The notes: generated by a model from the letters alone, not told the origin. Counted from the first letter of the whole stretch, positions 25,357 through 38,718 are shown. The stretch: DNA of 63,644 bases, filler included, from Octopus bimaculoides (GCF_001194135.2; 8 parts of 7 records of this genome joined end to end with filler, not necessarily neighbours in it), one strand, 5' to 3'. Numbers and translations: made by a program.

Positions 25357-25456
25357 NNNNNNNNNNNNNNNNNNNNNNNNNNNNNNNNNNNNNNNNNNNN
25401 TTAATTAATTAANNNNNNNNNNNNNNNNNNNNNNNNNNNNNNNNNNNNNNNNNNNN
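25357..25456. other. Assembly spacer N44-TTAATTAATTAA-N44 (also at 37224, 42800, 47895, 54062, 59060, 61734)
   Basis: The same 12-mer centred in a 100-bp N gap at seven places. Confidence 0.97.
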
Positions 25457-25902
25457 CAAACACTGAGATTTGAAGTTAGATGTCACTACTGTTCATATCA
25501 TCTGTGGATAAATTCAAAATTTGATGATATCACCAGTAGTAGCATGGGTGGAACGCAGTTATGATAGCTTTAAGGAGCTATGAAATATAAATTTGCACGA
25601 AGTGTAATGATGCTTAATGAGCATCTACCTGCTAGAAATAAGAGCCAAGTCTTAAATAATCCACCGTAGCGCACCAATATAACAGAGAAAATATATATAT
25701 ATTATTTGTCTATCCATTCATCAATTAATCTAGCTACCAGTCTGTCTATCCACTACTTTCTTTATTTATCTTTCTATCTATCCATCAATCCATTTAGCCG
25801 GTTTGATAGGTTATCAACCTGCTTTTAAATTCTCCCTCCACTCGCCCATCGTCTCTGCTTATCCATCTTTCTATCGAGCAACCAATCTGACAGCAATCTC
25901 TA

Positions 25903-25945
<43 letters not shown>

Positions 25946-26002
25946 GCTCATCTGCCCATCTATCTATCTATCTCTTTCTTTCTCTATCTTTCTCTCTCTC
26001 TT

Positions 26003-26052
<50 letters not shown>

Positions 26053-27183
26053 GTTCTTTCTCCTTCTCTCTATCGCCCATTTGCCTCTCCTTTTCTTCTG
26101 TTCACCCTGAAACCAATTAATCTCCACTCCCAATCAACAATTCCACGTTATCTTCCTTATATGGATTCCAATTTCAAATAAATCCTCAGGATCATTACTC
26201 ACGTTGCCGCCGCCGCCAACGCCGCCAACGCCGCTGCTGCTACTGCCACTACTACTGCTGTTGTTGTTGTTGTTGCTGTTGTTGATGATGATGATGATGA
26301 TGATGATGTTATCCATGTTATTCTTTTTAGTTGTGGCGATATTATTAGTGTACTTTTGGTTGTTGTTGTTGTTGTTGTTCTTGTTGTNNNNNNNNNNNNN
26401 NNNNNNNNNNNNNNNNNNNNNNNNNNNNNNNNNNNNNNNNNNNNNNNNNNNNNNNNNNNNNNNNNNNNNNNNNNNNNNNNNNNNNNNNNNNNNNNNNNNN
26501 NNNNNNNNNNNNNNNNNNNNNNNNNNNNNNNNNNNNNNNNNNNNNNNNNNNNNNNNNNNNNNNNNNNNNNNNNNNNNNNNNNNNNNNNNNNNNNNNNNNN
26601 NNNNNNNNNNNNNNNNNNNNNNNNNNNNNNNNNNNNNNNNNNNNNNNNNNNNNNNNNNNNNNNNNNNNNNNNNNNNNNNNNNNNNNNNNNNNNNNNNNNN
26701 NNNNNNNNNNNNNNNNNNNNNNNNNNNNNNNNNNNNNNNNNNNNNNNNNNNNNNNNNNNNNNNNNNNNNNNNNNNNNNNNNNNNNNNNNNNNNNNNNNNN
26801 NNNNNNNNNNNNNNNNNNNNNNNNNNNNNNNNNNNNNNNNNNNNNNNNNNNNNNNNNNNNNNNNNNNNNNNNNNNNNNNNNNNNNNNNNNNNNNNNNNNN
26901 NNNNNNNNNNNNNNNNNNNNNNNNNNNNNNNNNNNNNNNNNNNNNNNNNNNNNNNNNNNNNNNNNNNNNNNNNNNNNNNNNNNNNNNNNNNNNNNNNNNN
27001 NNNNNNNNNNNNNNNNNNNNNNNNNNNNNNNNNNNNNNNNNNNNNNNNNNNNNNNNNNNNNNNNNNNNNNNNNNNNNNNNNNNNNNNNNNNNNTGTGTGT
27101 GTGTGTTTGTGTGTGCGTGTGTGTATACATATGTGTATTTGAAATTTATAGAAAAACAAAAGACGAAGACCGGTGAAGGAACA

Positions 27184-27224
<41 letters not shown>

Positions 27225-27526
27225 TAGATAGATAGACAGATAGATATATATTAATGAGCTGAAGGAGAAGTAGGAGCAAACTTCGAAATTTGGATAATCA
27301 ATTATTTCAACTATTTAATGGGATTTATGTCAGAAATCTAGTACCATTGGTTTCATATTGGCCTATTAGTCAATAAGTGTCCAACGAGAGAACGTGACTG
27401 ACATCTTGTGCCTGCCTTCATCGTCGGGAATAGCTGGATGTTAGTCACGTTCCTTTATTGGTTATTTATTGGCTACAAAAGCTGAATAACACCACTTGTG
27501 CTGGAATTTGAACATAGATTTCATTA

Positions 27527-27580
<54 letters not shown>

Positions 27581-28465
27581 AATGAAAAAGATCTAAGAGC
27601 AAATGTGAGTAGCATGAATTTTTATTTCGAACTTCAGGCATGTTGTGCATTATAAGTTTCTAATTTTTGTTTTGAATTTTACTTCGAGAACACAGAAAGT
27701 AGATAAAAGCCTAGCGTTAANNNNNNNNNNNNNNNNNNNNNNNNNNNNNNNNNNNNNNNNNNNNNNNNNNNNNNNNNNNNNNNNNNNNNNNNNNNNNNNN
27801 NNNNNNNNNNNNNNNNNNNNNNNNNNNNNNNNNNNNNNNNNNNNNNNNNNNNNNNNNNNNNNNNNNNNNNNNNNNNNNNNNNNNNNNNNNNNNNNNNNNN
27901 NNNNNNNNNNNNNNNNNNNNNNNNNNNNNNNNNNNNNNNNNNNNNNNNNNNNNNNNNNNNNNNNNNNNNNNNNNNNNNNNNNNNNNNNNNNNNNNNNNNN
28001 NNNNNNNNNNNNNNNNNNNNNNNNNNNNNNNNNNNNNNNNNNNNNNNNNNNNNNNNNNNNNNNNNNNNNNNNNNNNNNNNNNNNNNNNNNNNNNNNNNNN
28101 NNNNNNNNNNNNNNNNNNNNNNNNNNNNNNNNNNNNNNNNNNNNNNNNNNNNNNNNNNNNNNNNNNNNNNNNNNNNNNNNNNNNNNNNNNNNNNNNNNNN
28201 NNNNNNNNNNNNNNNNNNNNNNNNNNNNNNNNNNNNNNNNNNNNNNNNNNNNNNNNNNGTCGGCTGTCGAACGCCGACGAAGGGAAATAACCCTGAAATC
28301 CGGATACGTTCGTGCTGCTGGCCGTGGTGAGAGGGATAACTCCCTTGGCAAACAGGACACAGTCGTGTGTCGATAAGCCAGCTGGAGGAGATGTCCTCCT
28401 GGGGCTAAAAGCAACAGTAACATCCACCCCTAGGGGTCAGCCACACTTAAGTGGCAATATACTAC

Positions 28466-28504
<39 letters not shown>

Positions 28505-28597
28505 GCACATATATACACGCACAAACACATACATACACACACATACATATATACATACATACAGCTAGTATGTTTGTATATATGTGTGGGGGTGCGT

Positions 28598-28760
28598 GTG
28601 GGGGTGACAGGCTTCTTTCAGTTTCCATCTACTAAATCCACACGCAAAGCTTTGGTCAACCCGAGGCTATAGTAGAAAACGCTTACCCAAAGTGCCACGC
28701 AATAGGACTATGCGGTTGGGAAGCATGCGGACTATGTGGTTGGGAAGCAGGCGTCTTACA
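28598..28760 (-). mobile_element. SINE family A head
   Basis: Reverse match to the family A head. Confidence 0.8.
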
Positions 28761-28764
28761 TGTT

Positions 28765-29310
28765 TTTCCTTTGAGTCTTATCTAAGTTCTTCAGAGAGCT
28801 CAAGCTGGTCGCTAACAAAGTGACTAGGCCTTTTTATGTTCAAAGAGATCCCGATGTTTGTAAATATGCGGTTGAGTTGGTGTGTTGGTTGAACTATCGA
28901 TGCACACACCCAAGTGCGTGCATCTATTCACATAAGAATCTCAAACGGAGAATTTTGAGGATGTCTTGCAAGTCTTCACTGTGCCACTAATAAATTGGAT
29001 TTGAAGAATCCGCGTCAGTCTCGTTTTCTCTTTCTCCGTGAAACCGAGTGTTTCTAAGTTTTTGTGTGCAAATTTCTTGGTTTATAAGCTGATGCACCTG
29101 TGATGAGAGGTACTAATGAGAATCTATAGTAAGGGTACATGAGCTCTTAGTTCCGCATTAATTCAAGATAAATGCTCTCATTTTCCTGAACTTTTCATTG
29201 TACATTCACATCTGCTAGGCAACCGGCTTCTACGACAATGCGCGAGTTGTGTTCCCTGTTCCACATAGCAATATCAGATCTGTTATGCTTGCACCAAATT
29301 GGTGCTTTTA
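28765..29310 (-). mobile_element. Decayed 3' end of an RLE-type non-LTR retrotransposon (restriction-like endonuclease)
   Basis: Minus-strand CKHNRSDIAMWNRE...VVEAGCLADVNVQ*KVQENE.IY.ELMRN*ELMYPYY...ITGA...LETLGFTEKE...LQIQFISGTVKTCKT, which fits the PD-(D/E)xK RLE pattern; missed by the ORF track. Confidence 0.8.
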
Positions 29311-29997
29311 TTCGTATGTATGTAGGGATAGATAGTTAAATTGATAGACAGATAGCTAGATTGATAGACTTAGACAGATGTATGCATTCATACATACATA
29401 TATAGAGACGTACGTACGAAAGTTGTTATTTTATTAGCTGCAGTTGGTTAGCACATCCGTAAGCCTGCAAGTGTAACATTGATCGTAAAAGCATCCGTCT
29501 CTTTTCTTCCTTTTTTTCTCTTGACTTTTACAACCGGATACGGAAATAGGTGCTTCTGTGTCGTATAGCAATGTCCATTGTAAATATACCAAGATGTCGT
29601 TTACGCTTATTGCGATTAATGTCAAAACAGTTCAACCTTCATAGGAACAAATTAAATTCGTTATAAATGACAAACCGGTAAACTCCTACAATACTGTACA
29701 ACTACGGCATCCATATTTCTTTTTCTTTCATTTCAGCAATAATGCTGTCTGACAAAAGTACAACTATTTCGATACATTCCTGCATCGTTCTAATGAAAAA
29801 AAAAAACTGGTTGTCAAGCTCTGCCTACTAAATAAAAGAACTATTAACTCTACATTTATAACGCATCGCGTACTTTCATGTGCATTTGCTTACTATATTC
29901 CAGAAAGGACTTTGACACGCACATGTCTAAATATATGCATGTAAATATATATGCGTGTGTGTGTGTGCATATATATATATATACATATGCACTGGCC

Positions 29998-30330
29998 ATA
30001 TACGCAATGGCCCAGACTGGGCGTTGTGAGTGTTTATTGAGCAAAAACACCTAAAGGTCCACGAGGCTCCGGCAGAGGGTGGTTGGCGAACCCTGCTGTA
30101 CTCTTTCACCACAACTTTCTCTCACTCTTACTTCCTGTTTCTGTTGTACCTGTAATTCAAAGGGCCAGCCTTGTCACACTGTGTCACGCTGAATATCCCC
30201 GAGAACTACGTTAAGGGTACAAGTATCTGTGGAGTGCTCAGCCACTTGCACGTTAATTTCACGAGCAGGCTGTTCCGTTGATCGGATCATCTGGAACCCT
30301 CGACGTCGTAAGCGACGGCGTGCCAACAAC
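29998..30330 (+). mobile_element. SINE family C with a deletion in the tRNA head
   Basis: GCAATGGCCCAG joined directly to ACTGGGCGTTGTGAG; complete tail GACGGCGTGCCAACAACAA. Confidence 0.9.
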
Positions 30331-30569
30331 AATAGCGGTGATGATTGTGGTTCTGTTGTTCGTGNNNNNNNNNNNNNNNNNNNNNNNNNNNNNNNNNNNN
30401 NNNNNNNNNNNNNNNNNNNNNNNNNNNNNNNNNNNNNNNNNNNNNNNNNNNNNNNNNNNNNNNNNNNNNNNNNNNNNNNNNNNNNNNNNNNNNNNNNNNN
30501 NNNNNNNNNNNNNNNNNNNNNNNNNNNNNNNNNNNNNNNNNNNNNNNNNNNNNNNNNNNNNNNNNNNTC

Positions 30570-30601
<32 letters not shown>

Positions 30602-30740
30602 AATGCGAAGACAATGCGCTCTTCTTGAGAGTGGACATTTCCAATTTCCGCTGACCAAGACAGATTTTTACGACCAGAAGCCATGGCGTACTTTCAGTTT
30701 ATACAACCATCAATTGAGTATCATTCTCTTCCGCAATATT

Positions 30741-30790
<50 letters not shown>

Positions 30791-31467
30791 TCTGATGTAC
30801 ACACATTAAATGCATGCACATACACAGACATACACTGCTCACACCAGATGCTCATACAAGTGTGTGTACTTGTTTGTCGTTAAATGTTTGTTTTTGTATG
30901 TATATATCTGGCGGCTGTTTATATTTGTATTCATTATTGATTATACACGCGTATAGTGTGTGTGTGTGTGCGTCTGTATGTGTATATACGCATATCTGTG
31001 TGTATATGTACATGTATATACATATGCGTATGTATATATGCATATATATATATATATATATATANNNNNNNNNNATATATATATATATATATGCGTATAT
31101 GTATATGTATTTAGATATGCCTGTGTGTCTGTGTATGTGTATATATGCATATATAAATATGTATACGTAGATGTATGTGTGTGCGTGTGGAGGGGTGTCC
31201 ATGTAAGTATATTTAAACAAAGAACAGAGAGAGAGGAGGAGGAGGACAAAGCAAGAGAAGCTGTGAGATAGAGAGAGGCAAAGAGAGACTGAAAGAGAGA
31301 TACATATAATGGTACGTGTGCGCACGTACGCACACAGAAACACACACACACACGCACGTATGTATGCATGTATGTATGGATGGATAGATGGATGTTTGTA
31401 TGTATGTAATTTATACGTCGTTTACGTAATATTTTGTTCCAGGTGACCGAATTAAACATATTTACTT

Positions 31468-31498
<31 letters not shown>

Positions 31499-32489
31499 AT
31501 GAATGTGCGCGTGTGTGTGTGTGAATGTGCGTGTGTGTTTGTGAATGTGTATTTGTGTGAATGTATGCGTGTGAATGCGCGTGTGTGTGTATGAATGTGT
31601 GTGAATGTGTGTGTGTGTGTGCGAATGTGTGTGTGTGAATGTGTGTGTGAAGGTATGTGTGTGAATGTATGTGTGTGTGTGAATGTGCGTGTGTGTGTGT
31701 GTCTGAATGTGCGTGTGTGCGTGCGTGAATGTGTATTTGTGTGNNNNNNNNNNNNNNNNNNNNNNNNNNNNNNNNNNNNNNNNNNNNNNNNNNNNNNNNN
31801 NNNNNNNNNNNNNNNNNNNNNNNNNNNNNNNNNNNNNNNNNNNNNNNNNNNNNNNNNNNNNNNNNNNNNNNNNNNNNNNNNNNNNNNNNNNNNNNNNNNN
31901 NNNNNNNNNNNNNNNNNNNNNNNNNNNNNNNNNNNNNNNNNNNNNNNNNNNNNNNNNNNNNNNNNNNNNNNNNNNNNNNNNNNNNNNNNNNNNNNNNNNN
32001 NNNNNNNNNNNNNNNNNNNNNNNNNNNNNNNNNNNNNNNNNNNNNNNNNNNNNNNNNNNNNNNNNNNNNNNNNNNNNNNNNNNNNNNNNNNNNNNNNNNN
32101 NNNNNNNNNNNNNNNNNNNNNNNNNNNNNNNNNNNNNNNNNNNNNNNNNNNNNNNNNNNNNNNNNNNNNNNNNNNNNNNNNNNNNNNNNNNNNNNNNNNN
32201 NNNNNNNNNNNNNNNNNNNNNNNNNNNNNNNNNNNNNNNNNNNNNNNNNNNNNNNNNNNNNNNNNNNNNNNNNNNNNNNNNNNNNNNNNNNNNNNNNNNN
32301 NNNNNNNNNNNNNNNNNNNNNNNNNNNNNNNNNNNNNNNNNNNNNNNNNNNNNNNNNNNNNNNNNNNNNNNNNGGGGGGGCCGCAGGGGATTGAAACCAG
32401 TTGATGGCAACGCTGGTGTTATTTCAAAGGCCTAAGTAAAAAGCTAACTTTATTTCTTTTTTTAGGGGTGGGGTAGCTTTGTCAAACCT

Positions 32490-32855
32490 ATCTTTTTTTC
32501 TTTTATTTGATTCAGTCATTATACTGTGGCCATGCTGGGGCACCACCTTGAAGAATTTTTTGTCCATTGGATCAATCCCAGTACTGCTTTGTTGTTATTG
32601 TTGTTGTTAAGCCTGGTACTTATGTCTGTGTTTGTCTCCTCGCCACGGCTTGACAACCGGTGTTGGTGTGTTTACGTTCCCGTAAGTTAGCGCGGTTCGG
32701 TAAAAGAGACGGACAGAATAATTACCAGGCTTAGTAAGAAAAAAAATATAAGTACTGGGGGTGATTCATTCGACTAAAGAAAAAAAAAAGAATTGTTCCA
32801 ATGGATGCCCCAGCTGGGTTACAGTCTAATGACAGAAACAAGTAAAAGATAAAAC
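32490..32855. mobile_element. Two inverted SINE family A 3' halves (32490-32622 minus; 32623-32855 plus)
   Basis: Both match the A tail in opposite orientations and abut each other. Confidence 0.7.
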
Positions 32856-32889
32856 GCTAACATGCTAAAAAAGATTAAAGATATTCTTA

Positions 32890-33310
32890 TAATCTTGACT
32901 CGTACGCAGCAGATGACAAACAATTAGTAGACGACTTCGTTCCAGACAGAACACTGTTATATTCCAGAGGAATTGGTATGAGATTCGGATTAGAAAAAAT
33001 TCGCCAAGGCAACGTTGAAGAAAGAAAAATTAATTAAGAACACAAATATCATGTTAGATGGAGAAAAAGAGATAAGAGAATTAGAGCAAAGACTGATTTG
33101 CAAAGACTTGCGAATCAATGAGACAGTTATACATAAAAGACGCACATAGAAAACTTTATGAAAGAATATTATAGAAGCATTAGATTAATACTTAAAACAG
33201 AGTTAAATGCAAGAATGGAGGATAATGACCTTCGAAACTCTGGCTGTCACAGTTATGAGTTATAGTTATAATATTCTCAACTGGATATTGAATAACCTAA
33301 GCAGACGACA
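32890..33310 (+). mobile_element. Decayed R4/Dong-like LINE reverse transcriptase fragment (domains 5-7 and start of thumb)
   Basis: YAADDKQL...GIGMRFGLEK..KATLKK.KLI...KEYYRSIRLILKTELNAR...TLAV.VMSYSYNILNW across frameshifts. Confidence 0.75.
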
Positions 33311-33684
33311 CGGACGAACAAGAAAATAACGACAACGTTTCCGAATGCAGCTGTGAAATATGTAACGTAGAGATGTTGTATTGACCGTGAATGTTTAAAC
33401 AACTAGAAAATTGCAAAATATTCACTGTTCAACGAAGAATGTATTTACTGGAAAAAAATATAATTGAAAGCTAATAGAAATGGTTACATAACACGAACAT
33501 GAAATGAGAGACAGCAACGAGAAGAAAGGGAAAAAAACGACAAGAATTGTGAAACGATTAAACCGAAGCTGCAATGAGGGGCTACAGGATAATTTCATGC
33601 TAAAACGATGACAATAACAGCCCCAAGTGACCAAGACTTGAAGGAAGAAAATAAACAAGATGGAAGTAGACTATAAAAGATGGT

Positions 33685-34081
33685 TGTTGTTGTTGTTGTT
33701 GGCACTCCGTCGCTTACGACGACGAGGGTTCCAGTTGATCCGATCAACGGAAACGGCCTGCTCGTGAAATTAACGTGCAAGTGGCTGAGCACTCCACAGA
33801 CACGTGTACCCTTAACGTAGTTCTCGGGGATATTCAGCGTGACACAGAGTGTGACAAGGCTGACCCTTTGAATTACAGGCACAACAGAAACAGGAAGTAA
33901 GAGTGAGAGAAAGTTGTGGTGAAAGAGTACAGCAGGGTTCGCCACCATCCCCTGCCGGAGCCTCGTGGAGCTTTTAGGTGTTTTAGCTCAATAAACACTC
34001 ACAATGCCCGGTCTGGGAATCGAAACCGCGATCCTATGACCGCGAGTCGGCTGCCCTAACCACTGGGCCATTGCGCCTCCA
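33685..34081 (-). mobile_element. SINE family C, full length
   Basis: 12-bp TSD ATAAAAGATGGT (33673-33684, 34082-34093); intact tRNA-like head; (AAC)n tail. Confidence 0.95.
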
Positions 34082-34244
34082 ATAAAAGATGGTACACTGG
34101 CTGAAAGTTGCAGAATTCAAAGCTGAGGTGGAAAGATTCTCGATTCTGAGACAAGATCAAAAGCTTCTCACATCAAGGCTTAGTAAGCATCACTGTTCAG
34201 CATATGACCCAGCTTCCACACCGACTCCACAAGCTACGAGCTAA

Positions 34245-34463
34245 GGCGACAAGCTGACAGGATCGTTAGCACGACGGACAAAATTCTCAACGACATTTCT
34301 TCTGGCTTTACGCATTGGGTCCAAAAGCTGCCAAGATCAACATTTTGCTTTTCATCCTTTCGACGTCGATAAAAGTAAGTACCAGTTAAGCACTGGGGTT
34401 TGATGTAATCGACTTATACACTACCCCTAAATTTACTGGCCTTCTACCAAAATTTGAAACCAT
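34245..34463 (+). mobile_element. SINE family B, degenerate
   Basis: CTTTTCATCCTTTCG.CGTCGATAAAA..AAGTACCAG central domain. Confidence 0.7.
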
Positions 34464-35755
34464 TTATACATCCAACTAGTAACTGCGACCTTTTTTCACA
34501 ACCATTTGAACGCGAAACGCTCCCTACGAACGCACGTTCGTTAGATGGTTGTGATCTGTAAAGAGCTTTGAGTAGGAACTTGGAAAGAGAAGTATGAACA
34601 CGCAATGCGCATGTGCACACTGAATTCGTAAACGGAAGAGAAGAATAAAAAGTCCAATGCGCATGTCAAAATAAAACGGAAGAGAAGAACAAAGCAAGTT
34701 ACATGATGGTCTGCTTGCAATGTCTAATACGTCTATCAACGCAGCTTTGCTGCAATTTTCTTGTTTGTTGGTAATTCAGGGGTTTAGCACTGTTTGACTT
34801 GATAACACCTAATATATTCCCCTCTCGAGAAAAACTAAAAAAAAAAAAAAAAATTTTTAAACCCCTCTCATTCCACATGAGAGACTTTTCAGAAGGTTTT
34901 TCTTAGATCCTTGATATGCCTGTNNNNNNNNNNNNNNNNNNNNNNNNNNNNNNNNNNNNNNNNNNNNNNNNNNNNNNNNNNNNNNNNNNNNNNNNNNNNN
35001 NNNNNNNNNNNNNNNNNNNNNNNNNNNNNNNNNNNNNNNNNNNNNNNNNNNNNNNNNNNNNNNNNNNNNNNNNNNNNNNNNNNNNNNNNNNNNNNNNNNN
35101 NNNNNNNNNNNNNNNNNNNNNNNNNNNNNNNNNNNNNNNNNNNNNNNNNNNNNNNNNNNNNNNNNNNNNNNNNNNNNNNNNNNNNNNNNNNNNNNNNNNN
35201 NNNNNNNNNNNNNNNNNNNNNNNNNNNNNNNNNNNNNNNNNNNNNNNNNNNNNNNNNNNNNNNNNNNNNNNNNNNNNNNNNNNNNNNNNNNNNNNNNNNN
35301 NNNNNNNNNNNNNNNNNNNNNNNNNNNNNNNNNNNNNNNNNNNNNNNNNNNNNNNNNNNNNNNNNNNNNNNNNNNNNNNNNNNNNNNNNNNNNNNNNNNN
35401 NNNNNNNNNNNNNNNNNNNNNNNNNNNNNNNNNNNNNNNNNNNNNNNNNNNNNNNNNNNNNNNNNNNNNNNNNNNNNNNNNNNNNNNNNNNNNNNNNNNN
35501 NNNNNNNNNNNNNNNNNNNNNNNNNNNNNNNNNNNNNNNNNNNNNNNNNNNNNNNNNNNNNNNNNNNNNNNNNNNNNNNNNNNNNNNNNNNNNNNNNNNN
35601 NNNNNNNNNNNNNNNNNNNNNNNNNNNNNNNNNNNNNNNNNNNNNNNNNNNNNNNNNNNNNNNNNNNNNNNNNNNNNNNNNNNNNNNNNNNNNNNNNNNN
35701 NNNNNNNNNNNNNNNNNNNNNNNNNNNNNNNNNNNNNNNNNNNNNNNNNNNNNNN

Positions 35756-36655
35756 NTCTCTAAATATTACTAAATCTCTCTAAATTCCTCTCTCTAAATA
35801 TTACTAAATCTCTCTAAATCTCTCTCTCTTTCTCAATAAATCTCTCTCTCTTCCTCTCTCACACTTTTTCACTCTCCCTAAATCTCTCTCTCCCTAGACT
35901 TCTCTCTCTAAATCTCCCTCTCCCCACAGCTCCCTAAATCTCCTTCTCTTCCTAAATTTCTCTTTCACTAAATCTCTCTCCCTCTCTCTCTCTAAATCTT
36001 CCTCTCCCTACCTCTCCTTCAATCTCTCTAAATCTCTCTCCCTAAATCTCTCTCCCTAAATCTCTCTCCCTAAATCTCTCCCTCGCCTCTCTCTAGTCTC
36101 TTATTCTTCTTCCCTCTCTCACATCTCTCACTTTCTATCTTTTCTTCTCTTTTTCTTTCTGCCCCTTTCTCTCTCTCTTTCTCTCCCTTGCCCTCTTTCT
36201 CTCCACCTATCTCCTTCTTTGTGTACTTCTCTCTCAATCTATCTCAGCCCTTCACCCTCTCTCATCCTCTCCCTCTCTCTTTCTCACTCTCCCTCTCTCT
36301 CTTTTTCTTTCTCCCTCTATCTCCCCTCCTTGGCGCTCTGAATTTTCTCTCCATCCCCTCTCTCCCCTCTTCTTCTCTCTTCTCCTTTATCCCACCTTCT
36401 CTATCATTCTCTCTCTCACTATCCCTCTCTCTCTCCGTCCCTCTCTCTGATTCTCTCTCTCTCTCTCTCTTATCCTATTTCTTTCCTTCCTTCTTTGTCT
36501 TCCGCTCTATTTCCCTCTCCTCCTGTCTCTCTTTATCTCTCTACCCCTGCTCTCCCTCTTTCTCCTTATCTCCCCTCACTTTCTCATTCTCCTTACCTCT
36601 CTCTCTCTATCTCTCTATCTCTCTCTCACTCACTCACTCTCTCTCTCTCTCTCGC
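35756..36655 (+). repeat. Polypyrimidine tract beginning with degenerate (CTCTCTAAAT)n units
   Basis: Repeated CTAAATCTCTCT units 35756-36080, then CT-rich sequence. Confidence 0.9.
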
Positions 36656-37107
36656 TTTTTTTATGAACTATACTTCCTGACATCTTAAACTGAAAGTGAA
36701 ACTAGAATGACTACTGTCAATTTCAATAGAAAAACACAAGGAGCATAAAGGAAGGAAGAAAGGAAGGAAGAGACGAAAGAAGGAAGTAGTTAAAGAAAAG
36801 TAAAGATAGATAAAAAAAAAAAGACAAAAACAGTGGTGGGAGGGTGGGCAGAGAGAAAAACAGTAACAAAGAGAGGAGAAACTACACAAAGAAGCTTTAA
36901 AAAAGTATCACGCAAAAACATATTAACACACAAAAGTACACTCGTAAGCACACACACACACACACTTCTAATTACATTCTTTTTTCATTTCACTTACCCT
37001 TTGTGTATTTCTTCTCGTTATTCCTATGCATTTTATTATTACGTGCATATGTGTGTGTGTGTGTGTGTATGTATATATGTATGCATGTATGTTTGTATAT
37101 ATGAATG

Positions 37108-37141
<34 letters not shown>

Positions 37142-37279
37142 CATACATATATATATGTGTATATATACATATACATACANNNNNNNNNNNNNNNNNNNNN
37201 NNNNNNNNNNNNNNNNNNNNNNNTTAATTAATTAANNNNNNNNNNNNNNNNNNNNNNNNNNNNNNNNNNNNNNNNNNNN

Positions 37280-37310
<31 letters not shown>

Positions 37311-37728
37311 TTATATATGTATGTATTAGACTGTGTGTATGACATGTGTGTATTAGACATGTATCTATGAATGCATGTGTGTATTAGACATGTATGTATG
37401 CATGCATGCATGTGTGAATGTATACAGGGAGAACGAGAGAGAGGGAGTTAGAGAGAAAGGAAGAGAGAGACACAGAAGGTGGACTGATATGTTCGCTTTT
37501 AGTCATATACATGTTGTATTTTGTTAAAGAATCTGGTTGTGGTAAGAAATTGTGTATTATTCTCCGGTTACATAAATATATAATAATTATAGATGCAAGC
37601 GTGTATGCCTGCATGTGCAACCATGACAAACATAAATCGATACACACTGTTTTGTTTCTACGATTTCCCAATCTCGGACACACACGGATATTCGTATGCA
37701 TATATATATGCCCATGTGACTTTTTAAG

Positions 37729-37779
<51 letters not shown>

Positions 37780-38718
37780 NNNNNNNNNNNNNNNNNNNNN
37801 NNNNNNNNNNNNNNNNNNNNNNNNNNNNNNNNNNNNNNNNNNNNNNNNNNNNNNNNNNNNNNNNNNNNNNNNNNNNNNNNNNNNNNNNNNNNNNNNNNNN
37901 NNNNNNNNNNNNNNNNNNNNNNNNNNNNNNNNNNNNNNNNNNNNNNNNNNNNNNNNNNNNNNNNNNNNNNNNNNNNNNNNNNNNNNNNNNNNNNNNNNNN
38001 NNNNNNNNNNNNNNNNNNNNNNNNNNNNNNNNNNNNNNNNNNNNNNNNNNNNNNNNNNNNNNNNNNNNNNNNNNNNNNNNNNNNNNNNNNNNNNNNNNNN
38101 NNNNNNNNNNNNNNNNNNNNNNNNNNNNNNNNNNNNNNNNNNNNNNNNNNNNNNNNNNNNNNNNNNNNNNNNNNNNNNNNNNNNNNNNNNNNNNNNNNNN
38201 NNNNNNNNNNNNNNNNNNNNNNNNNNNNNNNNNNNNNNNNNNNNNNNNNNNNNNNNNNNNNNNNNNNNNNNNNNNNNNNNNNNNNNNNNNNNNNNNNNNN
38301 NNNNNNNNNNNNNNNNNNNNNNNNNNNNNNNNNNNNNNNNNNNNNNNNNNNNNNNNNNNNNNNNNNNNNNNNNNNNNNNNNNNNNNNNNNNNNNNNNNNN
38401 NNNNNNNNNNNNNNNNNNNNNNNNNNNNNNNNNNNNNNNNNNNNNNNNNNNNNNNNNNNNNNNNNNNNNNNNNNNNNNNNNNNNNNNNNNNNNNNNNNNN
38501 NNNNNNNNNNNNNNNNNNNNNNNNNNNNNNNNNNNNNNNNNNNNNNNNNNNNNNNNNNNNNNNNNNNNNNNNNNNNNNNNNNNNNNNNNNNNNNNNNNNN
38601 NNNNNNNNNNNNNNNNNNNNNNNNNNNNNNNNNNNNNNNNNNNNNNNNNNNNNNNNNNNNNNNNNNNNNNNNNNNNNNNNNNNNNNNNNNNNNNNNNNNN
38701 NNNNNNNNNNNNNNNNNN

